DNA of 32,285 nt, from positions 332,407 to 364,691 of the forward strand of contig JBNGIO010006328.1 of NCBI GenBank assembly GCA_049999805.1. Reading direction: 5' to 3'. The notes under the pieces are model-generated. The model saw nothing but the letters and a program-made list of their open reading frames with translations, searched no databases and was not told where the DNA came from. The stretch is from Folioceros fuciformis (lineage: Eukaryota). Positions 1-11,845 of the stretch are shown here, piece by piece; within the stretch, counting starts at the first letter, position 1; every line of letters starts with the position of its first letter. A program made the position numbers and the translations under genes.

Positions 1-2156
1 CAGTAGAGCTCTCCAACCAGCACTGTCATGTTTGTACGGCATAGACTGCAACATGGTTTCTGCTTCTTCCAGTTTGCCTGATCGGCTGAGAACGTCCACC
101 ATGCAAGTGTAGTGCTCTCCTCTTGGTGTGATTCCATGCAAGTCCACCATCTCCCGGAAGTACTGCCGAGCCTCCTCTACTAGGCCCACATGACTGCAAG
201 CAGCCAGAAGACAAGTAAAGGTTGCAGAGTCAGGCTCCACTCCCCTTTCTCGCATTTCCTCGAAAAAATGCAGAGCCATGTCACACCTGTTATGGTGGCC
301 ATACCCTTTGATGAGAGCAGTCCACGACACAACATTCTTTTTCGTCAATCTGTCAAATACTGTGCGGCCTTCATCCACACTACCACACTTGACATACATG
401 TCTACCAGAGCATTCCCGACCTTGGTCTCTGATTCCAGCTCCCTTTCCAGAATTTGGGCATGGATTTGCTTGCCCTCTTTGATGGCCCCTATGCTACCAC
501 ATGCTTTAAGAATGCCCACAAACGTTATGTCATTAGCAGGAGATGTGCCATCCTGCTCCATGCTTCTGTACAATTCAATGGCTTCCTGACCAAGACCCTG
601 TTGGGCGTATCCTGTGATCATGGCACTCCATGACACAACATCTTTCTTGTTCAATCTATCAAACACAGAGCGCGCCTCCTCTACACACCCACATTTAGAA
701 TACATGTCCACCAGGGCGTTTCCAATGAAGACATCTGATTCAAGCCTCCTTCTTTGGATCTGTGCATGGGCTAACTTTCCATCCTGTAAGGCTGCCATGC
801 TGCCACAAGATTTCAAAACGCTGACAAAAGTATATTTATCCGGTGTGATGTCATGCTGCTCCATGCTTACGAATAACTGGAGGGCTTCTTGACCCAAACC
901 ATGTTGGGAATAGCCTGCTATCATTGCATTCCAAGACACCATATCTCTGGTTGGCAACCGATCAAAGACTACACGGGCATCCTCCAGACTTCCACATTTG
1001 CAGTACATGTCCACCAACGTATTAGCGACATGCACATTAGATTCAGAGCCACTGTCAATCACATCAGCGTGAACCAGTCTCCCAGACTTCAAATCTGCTG
1101 CACTGGCACAAGCTTTGAGCACAGCAACATACACGAACTCATCTGACAAAACACATTTCCGCAACTGCTGATACACTGTCACCGCCTGCTTGGGCTGACC
1201 GTTTTCCACATACGCTGAGATTATTGACGTCCAGCAGAATGCATTCGGTTTAGGCAGTTTGCTGAAAACTCTGGCCGCCTCCAGCAGATCCCCGTGGAAG
1301 CCATACATGCGTATGATGCGATTTGCCAGAAACATATTCAAATCATGCCCAGTGCTTACAGCAAGAGCATGAACTTGCTTGCCGAGCACCAAATCCTTGT
1401 TTGCAATACACCCTTGCAGGAGACGATACAACATGTCAGAGCTGATGCAGCTTTCGTGATGTTCCATCCTGTCCAGAGCATGAAAAGCCTTCTGGAGCTC
1501 TCCCTCATCACATAGTCTGCTCCAGGCTTCAAATACAAACACAGCGTCGTCATGCTCTGCCACCCTGCCCCGTCCAGAGAATGGCCAGAAGTGTCATAAC
1601 CAGGACGTTTGTAGTGCCCACCTGGTATCCAAGCAAGCATCCAGAACTGAAAATGCAGACGTAACAAGGGAGGGGCTCAGTGCTAGATTCCCACAGCTTG
1701 AATAAATGTTGAAAAGTACCTGCCATGACGTTTCTCCGACTGATAGCTAGCATCTTGAGCCCAGCGGTGACGCCGTGAGTTCTGTGTGCAGGAGATTTTC
1801 ATGCGATAGTGTTCATCAACCAAACAAGCGGCTAAGGGACCACTTAACTTCCCATCAAAAAACCAGGAGTACCTTGTTGAGCACCAAAACTTTCCACCAC
1901 GACTCTTGTGCAACTGACCCATCTGCAAGCGAGCTGGGACGTCAACAAACGAGACCCAGAACTCTCCAAAGCTGTTTGAATCGAATGCATCCATCCACAC
2001 GGAAGCACAAATGGTACCGTGGCGTTTATCTGTGCTCCGCAGACTGGACAGATGCCTGTACCAATCCTCCAGAGGGCTGTAAGGGCCTGATCTGCCTCGC
2101 ACGATGCTGGACACAGAGGCATGTCGGCCGAACGCACGGATACGGCCACTCCTCAT
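1..2156 (-). CDS. PLS-class pentatricopeptide repeat (PPR) protein, probable organellar RNA-editing factor; 3' end lies beyond the window start
   Basis: A minus-strand frame is open from 1593 to position 1 (absent from the ORF track because it has no stop in the window). It encodes P-L-S repeats (FCWTSIISAYVENGQPKQAV, VYVAVLKACASAADLKSG) and terminal L2/S2/E1 motifs (DSATFTCLLAACSHVGLVEEARQYF, EHYTCMVDVLSRSGKLEEAETMLQSMP, SAGWRALL). The 5' end is uncertain: first in-frame ATG at 1467, or upstream exon(s) from ATG 2156 (MRSGRIRAFGRHASVSS, transit-peptide-like) joined by a phase-compatible GT-AG intron 1719-1565. Confidence 0.88.
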
Positions 2157-2430
2157 TCCGCTGGCCCAGTCTCAAGACTTCCAAACCGTTTGGACAGTTA
2201 ACCCTGACAGGCTTGCACACATCACAGGAGACATGCCATCTGCCTGCGTGGGGAGAGGAATCCACGAGCACAATGGGAGCTACAACTCTTACTCTTGAGG
2301 CTTCGGTGTTTTGCATGCGTGATTGCAAGAGTCCAGGTTCTGAGGTGTCTGACGCTGGGTAGTTGGAAGGATCAGCTGCCCGGAATCGGAGTTTGTGCTG
2401 GGTGGGCTACCACCCAGAGGGACAGGTGCC

Positions 2431-5400
2431 ATGGATCCGAGAAAAACAAAGCGAGAGCTTCTTGACTTGGAGGCAGCCATGAAAGAGGACCAGGAGGCCC
2501 TGCAAATGATGGACCAGAGAGAGCGGGCTATCAAGGAGAGGGAGGATGCTTTGCGGGAGCTGCAAGAGAGGGAGGCTGCCTTGAAGCAGAGGGAGGATGC
2601 GTTACAAGAGTTGCGGCAGAGGGAAGAGGCCTTGAAACAGAGGGAGGACGCTCTGCGGCAGCTTCGGGAAAGGGAGGAGGCTCTGAAGCAGAGGGAGGAT
2701 GCCGCCCTCCTTGAATTGAGACGCAGGGAGGCGGCTGTGAAACAAAGGGAGGACGAGTTAAGGGGCTGGGGAGCAACAACAGCAACCCGAGAAACAGGTC
2801 GGGCCGTCCCTGAGTTCGTGCCTCAGCAAATATCCTTTTCTCCTCCTCCGTGCACCAGTTCCTTTGGACAGAACAGTGGCTATGAGAAGATCTCTGAAGA
2901 AAGGTACCGGATTCGATCGTGTTGGAATATGCAGAGGTTGAGGTATTCGTACTGTAGTCATGTTATCTAGTGGTTGCTCTCTGCTACCTCAGAGAGAGCA
3001 TGGAGAGTGAGGACGACTACAATTATGCCTCTGACAGAACGGGAATGGAGGAGGAGGACTACACATCTGCTGATGGCAGTGATGAGGAATTTGATGAGGA
3101 AACCATGTACGACAACACCTCTGGGGGCGATGACTTCGAAACAGACGCCCCAACATCACCAGATGGTGAAGAGTCTGAAGAATTGGAGGAGGAATTTCAG
3201 AAGCCTCTCACAGCAGCACAGAGAAGATGGAGGAGGGCCTACTTCTTGATAAGGAAGCATCTGGTAGGCAACGTTCTCGTTTCTTCATCTTCCACAGCTT
3301 CCATGATTCAGGATCCACAGCCTCCCTACATTTGCAGACTATTACAAAACATGGCATGCGTACTACGGTTGGCACGGGAGCAGAAATGGAAGGTTTTGCT
3401 CTAGGCTTCGTGCCAGCGAAACATCCTGTACGGATGAAAGTCTTTGCTTTATTGTATCACCAGTATCCACACCCGGCAGTCGGCCAAACTTCATTTCATT
3501 CTCGTACATGTTCTAGCTTCTTGGGACTTGGGAGAACCTACTCTCCTTCACCTCTCATACGCAGACGCACTGAGTACTGTCTGGCCTTTCTCATATGCGC
3601 ACACCTCATAATACTGGTTATGAAGGCACAAGTGGAGGATATTGGGATGAAGCCCAACCGATCAGCACTAGACCTTGCAGACGCCGTGGTGACCTTTTTG
3701 TACACGTATGGACTTGTCGCCATCCTGGCCACGTGCTTGCCTAGCTTCAGTCCTGAAAAAGGTTGGCTGAACATACTCAACTCAACTCAAATGTTTCAGC
3801 GTTGAGATGCTTCTGCGTATTCTCTGCTTGGGCTTTGTTCGGGGTGAGCACACGTTTCTCAAGAACAGCTACAACAAGCTTGATTTTGTCATCGTCTTCG
3901 ACTCGTGGTAAGCTTCTGTGCTGCTTTTTCACTCGCATTGATTCCCGCTCCCGCAGATGATGCCATCAACGCCATGACTTCAACACCTTTCCTGTGTCTG
4001 CTAAATGTGTGAGGCTGCTAACTCTAGTCTCTCTTGTGTGACTCGTAGGATACATCTTTTAGTCAAACTGATCACCAAGAAGGACACATTTGCCCGAATC
4101 GCAGTATTTCGTGCTTTCCGAGTGCTGCCGATTCTGCGGTCATTCTCTTTCTTTGGAAATCTCTTAGTATGTGGTCAATGTTGCTCTCCCATGCAGTTGT
4201 TTTCTACCCTCACAACTTCCGCACACCAGAACAGACTTGATTCCACATGTGGCTTGTACCTCAGGCAATATTGGAAGCCAGCAGGCGTTGCATTGCTCCT
4301 CTCAATAATGTTATCCTCCTCACATTCTTCATTCTCTCCTTCTACGGCCTAGTGGGTGTTCAAACCTTTGGAGGGTCCCTGAGCCGCAGGTAGGATATCA
4401 CAACTTGCTCTCATGCTTCTACATTCCGGCTCTTGGGAAGTAAGAATGTTGTCCTCATAATAGCAAAGAGGAAAGTCCCTACAGCTCCTCATATATGAGA
4501 CTCGTCGTAAAGACCCACCACCATGTCTACATGAAAACCACCCCTACTTCATCCTTCACAAACTGAACTTCACAGGTGCGTAAACTTCTATCCCCTATCA
4601 AACACAACATTCCAAGAGCAGTTCCCTGAAAAATCATGTGGAATCGGGAAAGGTTACCAGTGTCCTAATCAACAAGCCTGCGAGGTAGGCCACGATCGTC
4701 TGTCCTTCCATTCATTCAATACGTCTTCTGTGCGATGTACATAATCAAAATCACCCTCCTCAAGCAACTTGATTGAATTGTTCTCACTCACATTCAAAGT
4801 TTCTGGAAAATCCAAATTGGGGAGCAATGAACTTCGACAGTTTCCCGTATGCCATTCTGACGATGTTCCAAGTAAGCAAGTTTCCAGATCTCACAACTTG
4901 CTAGTAGAAAAGACCAATATTCTATAAAAACAATTAATTTCCCACTCATTAAACAAACAGGTTATAACTTTTGCTGGGTGGAGTACTATAATGTACTCAG
5001 TGGAGGACGCTGAAACTCCAGCATCAGGTAAGTATATGCTCATATCATGAATACATTATTAAAAATATTTAATTTTTTAATATTAATAATAATTTTAATC
5101 GCAGCTGTCTACTTCATCACTTTATGTGTCTTTGGAAGCTACTTCCTAGTTAGTGTTTTCGTTGCAGCTATTAGTGGCGTTTTCTTAAGAGTTCGAAGAG
5201 AGCACCAGGTTAAGTGTTGATTGAACTAAAATCTCCTACAAACCCATTACATATACCACTTACAAAGCAAACATATCTTCATTCCACCAGATTCTCATCA
5301 AAAGACACCGCCAAGTAGCACAATCCTCTCTTCACAGCTCCAAAGTGATGGAGAAAGTTTACAAGGCAGTAGGATATGATGCCAGTGAAAGACCCTCATG

Positions 5401-8400
5401 GCAAGGACAACTTCACAGGAAATCAATCAAGGTTGTGAAAACAGCCCACAGACGAACCTTGAAGATGTTCCAATCCTTTTCCAAAGTAATGTTGGGTCTA
5501 AGAAAACCAAGTCTGGCAGACAATTTTCCAACATCTCTGCCTCTAGGACCCTTCTCCATTAACTACACTATGACAGAAAGAATCAAAGCTTTGGTGCTCA
5601 GTCCTACCTTCATATATGGCGCTCAGATTATGATCACCATGAATCTTTGCATACTTTGCTTATATCACGAAGGAATGTCCGACCAATTCCATGATTTATT
5701 ATGTATCCATAAAATCTCTTTCCTATCAATGCTAAGGGTCTCTTTTTGCTCTCTCCATGAGTCCCTTAATTAATTAAAAAAAACAGACGTTCTGGAAGCC
5801 ATAATGCTTTTAGCTTTCATCGTTGAGATGTGCTTACGATTCATGGCAGTAGGATTCAAGGAGTTCATTGATGACGGTATTCTTCCATTTATTCATCTTT
5901 TGTTTTTAGAGTTTTTTAAACTTTATTTCATAATCACGTTCCTAATATTTAATCCCGATATTTTGCTCCAGGTATGAACGTGTTTGATGTCGTTGTGATC
6001 GTATTATCCTGTGTTTCATTAGCAACTCGTTTATACCCAAATATCTCAGCAATCAGAGCTTTGCGTTGGTTTTACCGACCTGGAAAAAGTGATGTTACAA
6101 ATCGGTCTATCATGGTTTGCAAATCCAGTTCCTTTTCACTAATTTGTTGATGAGAAGAGTTCGTTATAATACAAGTTAGTAGAATAACATAGGGTTAAGA
6201 TGTCTTTAAAGCATCATCCTACATGCTTAAGGTTTGTTGTGCAGACTGATTGTATTAGGAGTTTGGGAGCCTTATCGAGCTTAGTATTCTTCTATTGCCT
6301 GATCATTTTTATTTATGCTATTATAAGCATGGAGCTTTGGGGTGGTGAGTTCTATGATTTTGATGATGGGTATCCGAGACAAAATTACGATACCATATTC
6401 CGAGCAATGCTCTCTTGGTTCATAATCACCACAGCAGAGAGCTGGCCATGGACTATGGGTAATGCAATGCGGCCTGGAGTAAGGAATAAGTAAATGACGC
6501 AACATAGATATAACATGTTACCTATTGAATGATGCTTTTGAGCTAAATGAATGTTAGGAATGTTGGTTAATGTGTGTTAGTTAGTTAGTGTTGTTCTGAA
6601 AGATGCAAAGACAATCATCCTTGCAGATGGACCGCACCAGTTTTGTTCGTGTTTTACTTTGGGTTCACCGTGTATGTCATTCTCAATTTGATCATAGCTA
6701 TTATCCTAGAGAAGAGTGAGATGACGGATCGGCAGAAGAAGCATATACAAAAGGTTTGACTGGTGCCCACCACTTTGTGGTAGTGAATATTGTTGTTTTT
6801 GTTTGGAATAATGAAGGAAAGTGTTCCTGCCATCCATGGCATGGCAGACCGAGCTCTTGAAAGCCATGAGGAAGAAACATGCACATTCGAGTTACACGAA
6901 CAGACGAGGGAGCTGGTTTGTGGATGCCATGTCCACAGCTCATGCCAGTGTGAAAGGGTTGGCCAGGACGATAAACTCGTCCATGAGAGTGAGCCAGATT
7001 TACATCCCAGGACGGTTGTCCATGCTGGTCTATCGTGGGCGAAAAGGGAGAGCGGAGACCAGGAGTCCTGGGTCTGGGAATGGGCTGGTTGGCGAATCCT
7101 CTCAAGCTTCCATGCCTGCATCTTCGTTGAACGAGCACACCCATCATGTCCATGGTCTGCCACATCATGCTAATCTGCGCCGCAGGTCCACCCAGCGAGG
7201 ATACCAGCTGCTTCACCAAACAGGCTTCCGAGGAAGCTTAGGGAGGGAGGGGAGTGTGAGGCCTACTGCATTGGAGAGCTCTGTGTTGGCTTTGATGGAG
7301 GAACAGGAGTCTGGGTACCAGCCAGAGCCCAGTGAGCCGATGCAGGATGTGGCTTGGCCTGGTGATGAGAGGAGTAGGACTCGGGCATCCTTTCGGCTTG
7401 CTGACTTCGAGGAATTTGAGGGCACTAGTGCTCGAACCAAGGCCCCCTGGTATATCACGGATTCGGCCCTGTTTCTGTTCAGGAGTGAGAACAAGTTTCG
7501 AGTGGTTTGTCAGAGGCTCATGGATAGCAAGTGGTATAGGAGATTCATATTCTTGATGGTCTTCGTGAGCATTGTTGCAACGGTTGAAACCAGTCCCCAG
7601 GGAAAGCCAGTTGTGGCTCCGATTGTCATTGACAGCGCCAACAAGGCTGTGTTAGTGGTTAGTGCTTCTGTTGGAGGAGGGTGTGCGTGATACCATTATG
7701 CTTCAGGGTGGACGTAGCATGTAAGTATCCCTGTGCCTTGCAGGTGTTTGGACTGGACATAGTGTGCAAAAGCATCAGCTATGGGTTCCTGCTCACTCCG
7801 GATGCGTATTTGGGAGATGCTTATAATTTCTTGGATCTGTTCAACTTTATCGTTGATCTGTTAGCAACTCTGCCTGGCTGGTCTCAGTACTGGCTGAGAG
7901 TGCTCAGGATGCTTGTTGCCTTCCGTCCTACAAGGCTTATTGTCCGAATTTCTGGTCTTCGGGATCTTGTTACGTCCTTGCTTTTCACTATTCCAGCCAT
8001 CGCATCGACTCTGGCCTTCAGTCTGACTATTTTTGCCATATTTGCAACAATAGGGCTGCAGCTCTTCAGGGGCCGGTTCAATGCTTGCAATGACGACTCA
8101 GTCAGTAATCGCCTCGAATGCGTGGGCGTGTTTGAGAATTCGTCAGGTAAGATTGTGGAACAGGATAGCTGATTAGCATCCCAGCTCTCATGTCATTATG
8201 TTGTTGGCTGATGCTGTGACTGCATCAGGAGTCCTTGCACCTCGTCTTTGGGAGACGCCTACCTATCATTTTGATGACATCGGCAATGCCATGCTGTCTC
8301 TTTATGTTTGCTCGACATTCGACAACTGGGTCTCCTATTTTTTGAATACAGCCATGGATATCCCCTCAGATCCGAATGACCAGCCGACAAGAAACCACAG

Positions 8401-10413
8401 CTATCTGAATGCCCTGTTTTTTGTAGCATTTGTCTTCATAGGGGGACACTTCGTTGTGCGTATGTTTGTGGGAGTGTTTGTGGATCAGTTTGGGATTGTG
8501 TCAGGCTCTAAGCTACTGACTGAGCGACAGAAGCTGTGGAGAGACAATAACCGGATAATTCAGAGGCTTTCACCAACTCGAATGCCAACCAAGCCTCGTG
8601 GAAAGCTCCGAAGCGTATGCTTTAGGATTGCTCATTCAGTGGGTTTTGGACGGCTGATTGTGCTCCTGGTCGTAGCTAATTTCGTCTGCCTAGCCAGCCA
8701 GTCATTTCATGCTAACATAACACCCAAGGTCTCAGCATTGGAGCACAGATTCATTCTAGTTGATGCAGCGTTTGTGTTCGTGTTTTCCCTGGAACTCGCC
8801 ATCAAGCTTCTTGGCTCTAAGGTAAGCCTTGTTTGCTGTTTCCTCAGATTGGTGCTACACGGGCAGGCATTCGTACTTCCTCCTAACATGTTTGTTGCAC
8901 CTGCTGTGGTATGACGGTGGGCAGTTCCATGACTGGTGCGTAAACTTCTGGAACTTCTATGAAGCCATCATAGTTATCGGGTCAGCATTTTGCATCTTTC
9001 CGGCCAGAGGAACCACCAGGCTCAAAGTGGGGCGTGTGTTTTTCCTTGTCCGAATATTTCGAATCATCCGATACATCCCTCCTCTCCACGCACTGGTGCA
9101 GACTGTGTTTGTGAGTTTGCCTTCAATGGTGTACATCATAAGTCTGCTCTTGATCATTCTTTTCGAGTTCGCTGGAGTTGGAGTCCAGATGTTCTCCCAT
9201 GTCAGGGATGGAGCTTGCATCGGTCCCCACATGAACTTCAGGACGTTCGTAAATGCATTTGTGGTTGTGTTCCAGGTTCGGTTTCTCCTCCTGCCTAACT
9301 CCTCATCGTCTTGCTCTGGTATTCTACCTCGAAGTCGGATGTGACAACCTCAGTACCTGCCTTTGTCCCGTCACTCCTAACAAACCGTTTGCTGCCAGGT
9401 TGCCACAGCTGATAACTGGTCTTGCATCATGAACGATTGTCGAGTACAGTACCCTTCGTGTGCCAAGAGCAGTAATCTGACTCAAGACGAATGCGGTTTG
9501 CCAACAGGAGCTCTCGTCTACTTTATTTTCCTGGTGGCCTCAACTACATGGATCTGCACCAACTTGTTTGTGGCTGAGATCCTGGATACCATCACCTTCG
9601 GATTGTTGAATGAAGAGGCCATGATCACCCCCAGCCATCTGCTCGACTTCCAGACGCTGTGGGCTCACAGTGAATTCGACCCGAAGTATGATCTTCACCC
9701 AAAAACATGGGTCTTGCTTGCATTTGCCCTTTCCGTATCCGTTCTTTTATGCCATCTTCTCGGGGTTCCCTGCGCAGGAGGAAGGGGTTCATCGGGCTCC
9801 ACAAACTTCGAACTTTCTTGAATTGCCTGGGCCTGCCCTTGGGCCGAAGGCCAAATGCTCCTGCCAAGTGGTGAGATTGATGTCACCTGATCCTCCATCG
9901 TTCAAACCTGGTTCAGTATGGATGCTCAGAGACGCTTCCTGGTATCAGGTATACGAGGATCGAGTACGAGGTCATGAGTTTTCACCAACGGGGCAAGGGC
10001 GTCCCATTCAAGCAGTTGCTGGAAACACTCACCCTCTACAAGATCGGGGCACAGGTATTGAACACCGCAAATGCAACGATCTAAAGCCACGCTCATCAGG
10101 ACAGACGCTTGTTAGAATACACTGAGGGGCTGGCAATTTAACGCAGGGCCTGGAGCTTGCCTTGCGGATAGAAAGGGAGAAGCAGATACAGCACGTGTAC
10201 AGGCATGGAGCTGCCACGAAAATTCAAGCAGCGATCAGAGGGTTCATTGTGAGGGCCAGGTTGAAGAAGTGGAAGGAGTCCAATGTGGAAATTGATCCTG
10301 CATCCCTGGATGCTGGGCAAAAATTAGATCCCGATTCTGAGTTCACTTTCAGGATAAAGAACATGCTGGATCTCAAACGGGAGATTTTCATGCTCAAGAC
10401 GTTGTGGTTCTAA
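2431..10413 (+). CDS. Four-domain (4x6TM) voltage-gated cation channel alpha subunit, Cav/Nav superfamily, ~1,879 aa, 24 exons
   Basis: Hand-spliced GT-AG exons that keep frame: 2431-2903, 2993-3263, 3338-3462, 3565-3705, 3800-3907, 4049-4166, 4265-4389, 4576-4684, 4800-4871, 4961-5027, 5105-5208, 5291-5702, 5787-5876, 5972-6114, 6245-6489, 6627-6753, 6848-7657, 7744-8146, 8229-8821, 8925-9275, 9399-9685, 9778-9870, 9949-10054, 10147-10413 (5640 nt). Four S4 segments (FRAFRVLPILR; IRALRWFYR; LRVLRMLVAFRPTRL; KVGRVFFLVRIFRIIR), four pore loops (ITFAGW, TTAESW, STFDNW, ATADNW), an EF-hand-like FDPKRKGFI and an IQ motif (AATKIQAAIRGFIVR). Confidence 0.92.
2533..2760 (+). repeat. Coding tandem repeat (~51 nt / 17 aa, ~4.5 copies) forming an N-terminal coiled coil of the channel
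   Basis: IKEREDALRELQEREAA / LKQREDALQELRQREEA / LKQREDALRQLREREEA / LKQREDAALLELRRREAA / VKQREDEL. Confidence 0.85.
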
Positions 10414-10579
10414 TTTGTGAGCTCTGAAAATGGTTTCCCCGTGAAGATGAAGTCGCTTGCTTGAACCAGTGAAGACAGTCTGTCTTGCAACTTACTCATT
10501 CACCAGGGTGCCGGAGGAACCCGCCAGCCCACGGTGGATACTGTAGGCAGACTTTGGCCTACTCACATCCCTGGCTGCT

Positions 10580-11212
10580 ATGGCCGCTGCCCAGTTGCTT
10601 CCCGGACGAACCCTTCATATCCCTGCGCCAGTCCTTCGTCGGCTACCTCCTCTTCCTCGGTTACGTCCGGTGGGTGGGAGGATTAGGCGCCTTGAGGGAC
10701 CCTGCACGGTCTTCGTGAGGGCCTGCAGCGATGCCGGGAACCCGTCCCCCAGCGCCGTACCGGGGACGGGATTCGAGGACCCCAACAAGGAGCTTGCTAC
10801 ACCCGCCTGGAAGAAGTGGCCGAGGGATGCGGCGGACGTGAGGGCGCAGGTGGCCAAGCTTGGTCTTGCTGCGGTCCTGGCTTACGGCCTCTTTGATGGT
10901 GTCACCTACACCACCTTCTTTTTCCTGGCTTTCCTGGGCTACGAGAAGAGCACGGGGAACAACCCGGCTGCCAACATCCAGGCCCTGCTTGGCATCGTCA
11001 TCACCATGTGGGCCGGCAACAATGTGACCAGACCCTTCCGGGTAGCTGGAGCAGCTGCCATCGCTCCTGTTGTTGACAGGTTCTTGAAGAAAGTGCAGAA
11101 GGTGCTGAAGCTTCCAAACCAAGCTCTCGCTTTCATGCTGGTGGTGGCTTCTTTCGCCTCCGTCTGCTTCACGCTCGTTGGCCTTCTAATCCTGTCACGG
11201 TGGGGAAGATGA
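10580..11212 (+). CDS. Plant membrane protein, probably plastid-targeted (tentatively DUF1279/FAM210-like), 210 aa, intronless
   Basis: Clean ORF with an Arg/Pro-rich transit-peptide-like N-terminus, then hydrophobic blocks AKLGLAAVLAYGLFDGVTYTTFFFLAFLGY and MWAGNNVTRPFRVAGAAAIAP resembling a conserved plant family recalled from memory. The family name is tentative. Confidence 0.8.
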   Translation: MAAAQLLPGRTLHIPAPVLRRLPPLPRLRPVGGRIRRLEGPCTVFVRACSDAGNPSPSAVPGTGFEDPNKELATPAWKKWPRDAADVRAQVAKLGLAAVLAYGLFDGVTYTTFFFLAFLGYEKSTGNNPAANIQALLGIVITMWAGNNVTRPFRVAGAAAIAPVVDRFLKKVQKVLKLPNQALAFMLVVASFASVCFTLVGLLILSRWGR

Positions 11213-11845
11213 CATCCTTCCTTTCAACAGCTTGCGGTTTGGATTGGATGGGCTGGCAGACGGTGTCTTCTTCTGGACAAGAAAATTCAGGTGCGGGGTT
11301 TCAGGGCTGCCTCAAAGCTGCTATTGCCCACGAATGTTGCCCAACAGAGATTGTCGGTTCATGCCTCTCCTACCGGCAGCTTTGCTTTCTCCTTCTTGGA
11401 TCATGCCACAGGTGCTCTTAGGAGTCTCTGCTGCATACGCCTCGGCAAGGTGTGAATGAGTCTGTCAGTGCATGTCCCGAGGAACCTGTCTAATTTTCTG
11501 GCTTTCTAACCACTTCGTAAGCTTTGGGGCTAGACTACAGTAGTCAGTCAAGGGGAAGATTCGGTGGGGCTAGACTACAGCAGTCAATGAGACAGGTACG
11601 GTTAGTTGAACATGGCCCGTGCACTGTGAATTCCTTTTCCATGGCTTTCCATGATACCACCCGAGATTCGTGGGCAAGGGTGTACTCAGTACTTCAGAAC
11701 AGGTGGAGCAAAAGCAAGAGGTGTGATCAGCTGATGCATTTCACTGCCGTGGAATTTTGCTGCAATCACAAAAAATGCATCTGTACATGGAAGGAATGAA
11801 TAGGAAAAGAGCCTTGGACAAACCAAAAGCTTCGGGGCAAGCCAA

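Noticed and set aside
11526-11591. Short duplication ggggctagactacag(t/c)agtca
   Set aside because: Two ~22-bp copies in a convergent 3' intergenic region; an ordinary local duplication.
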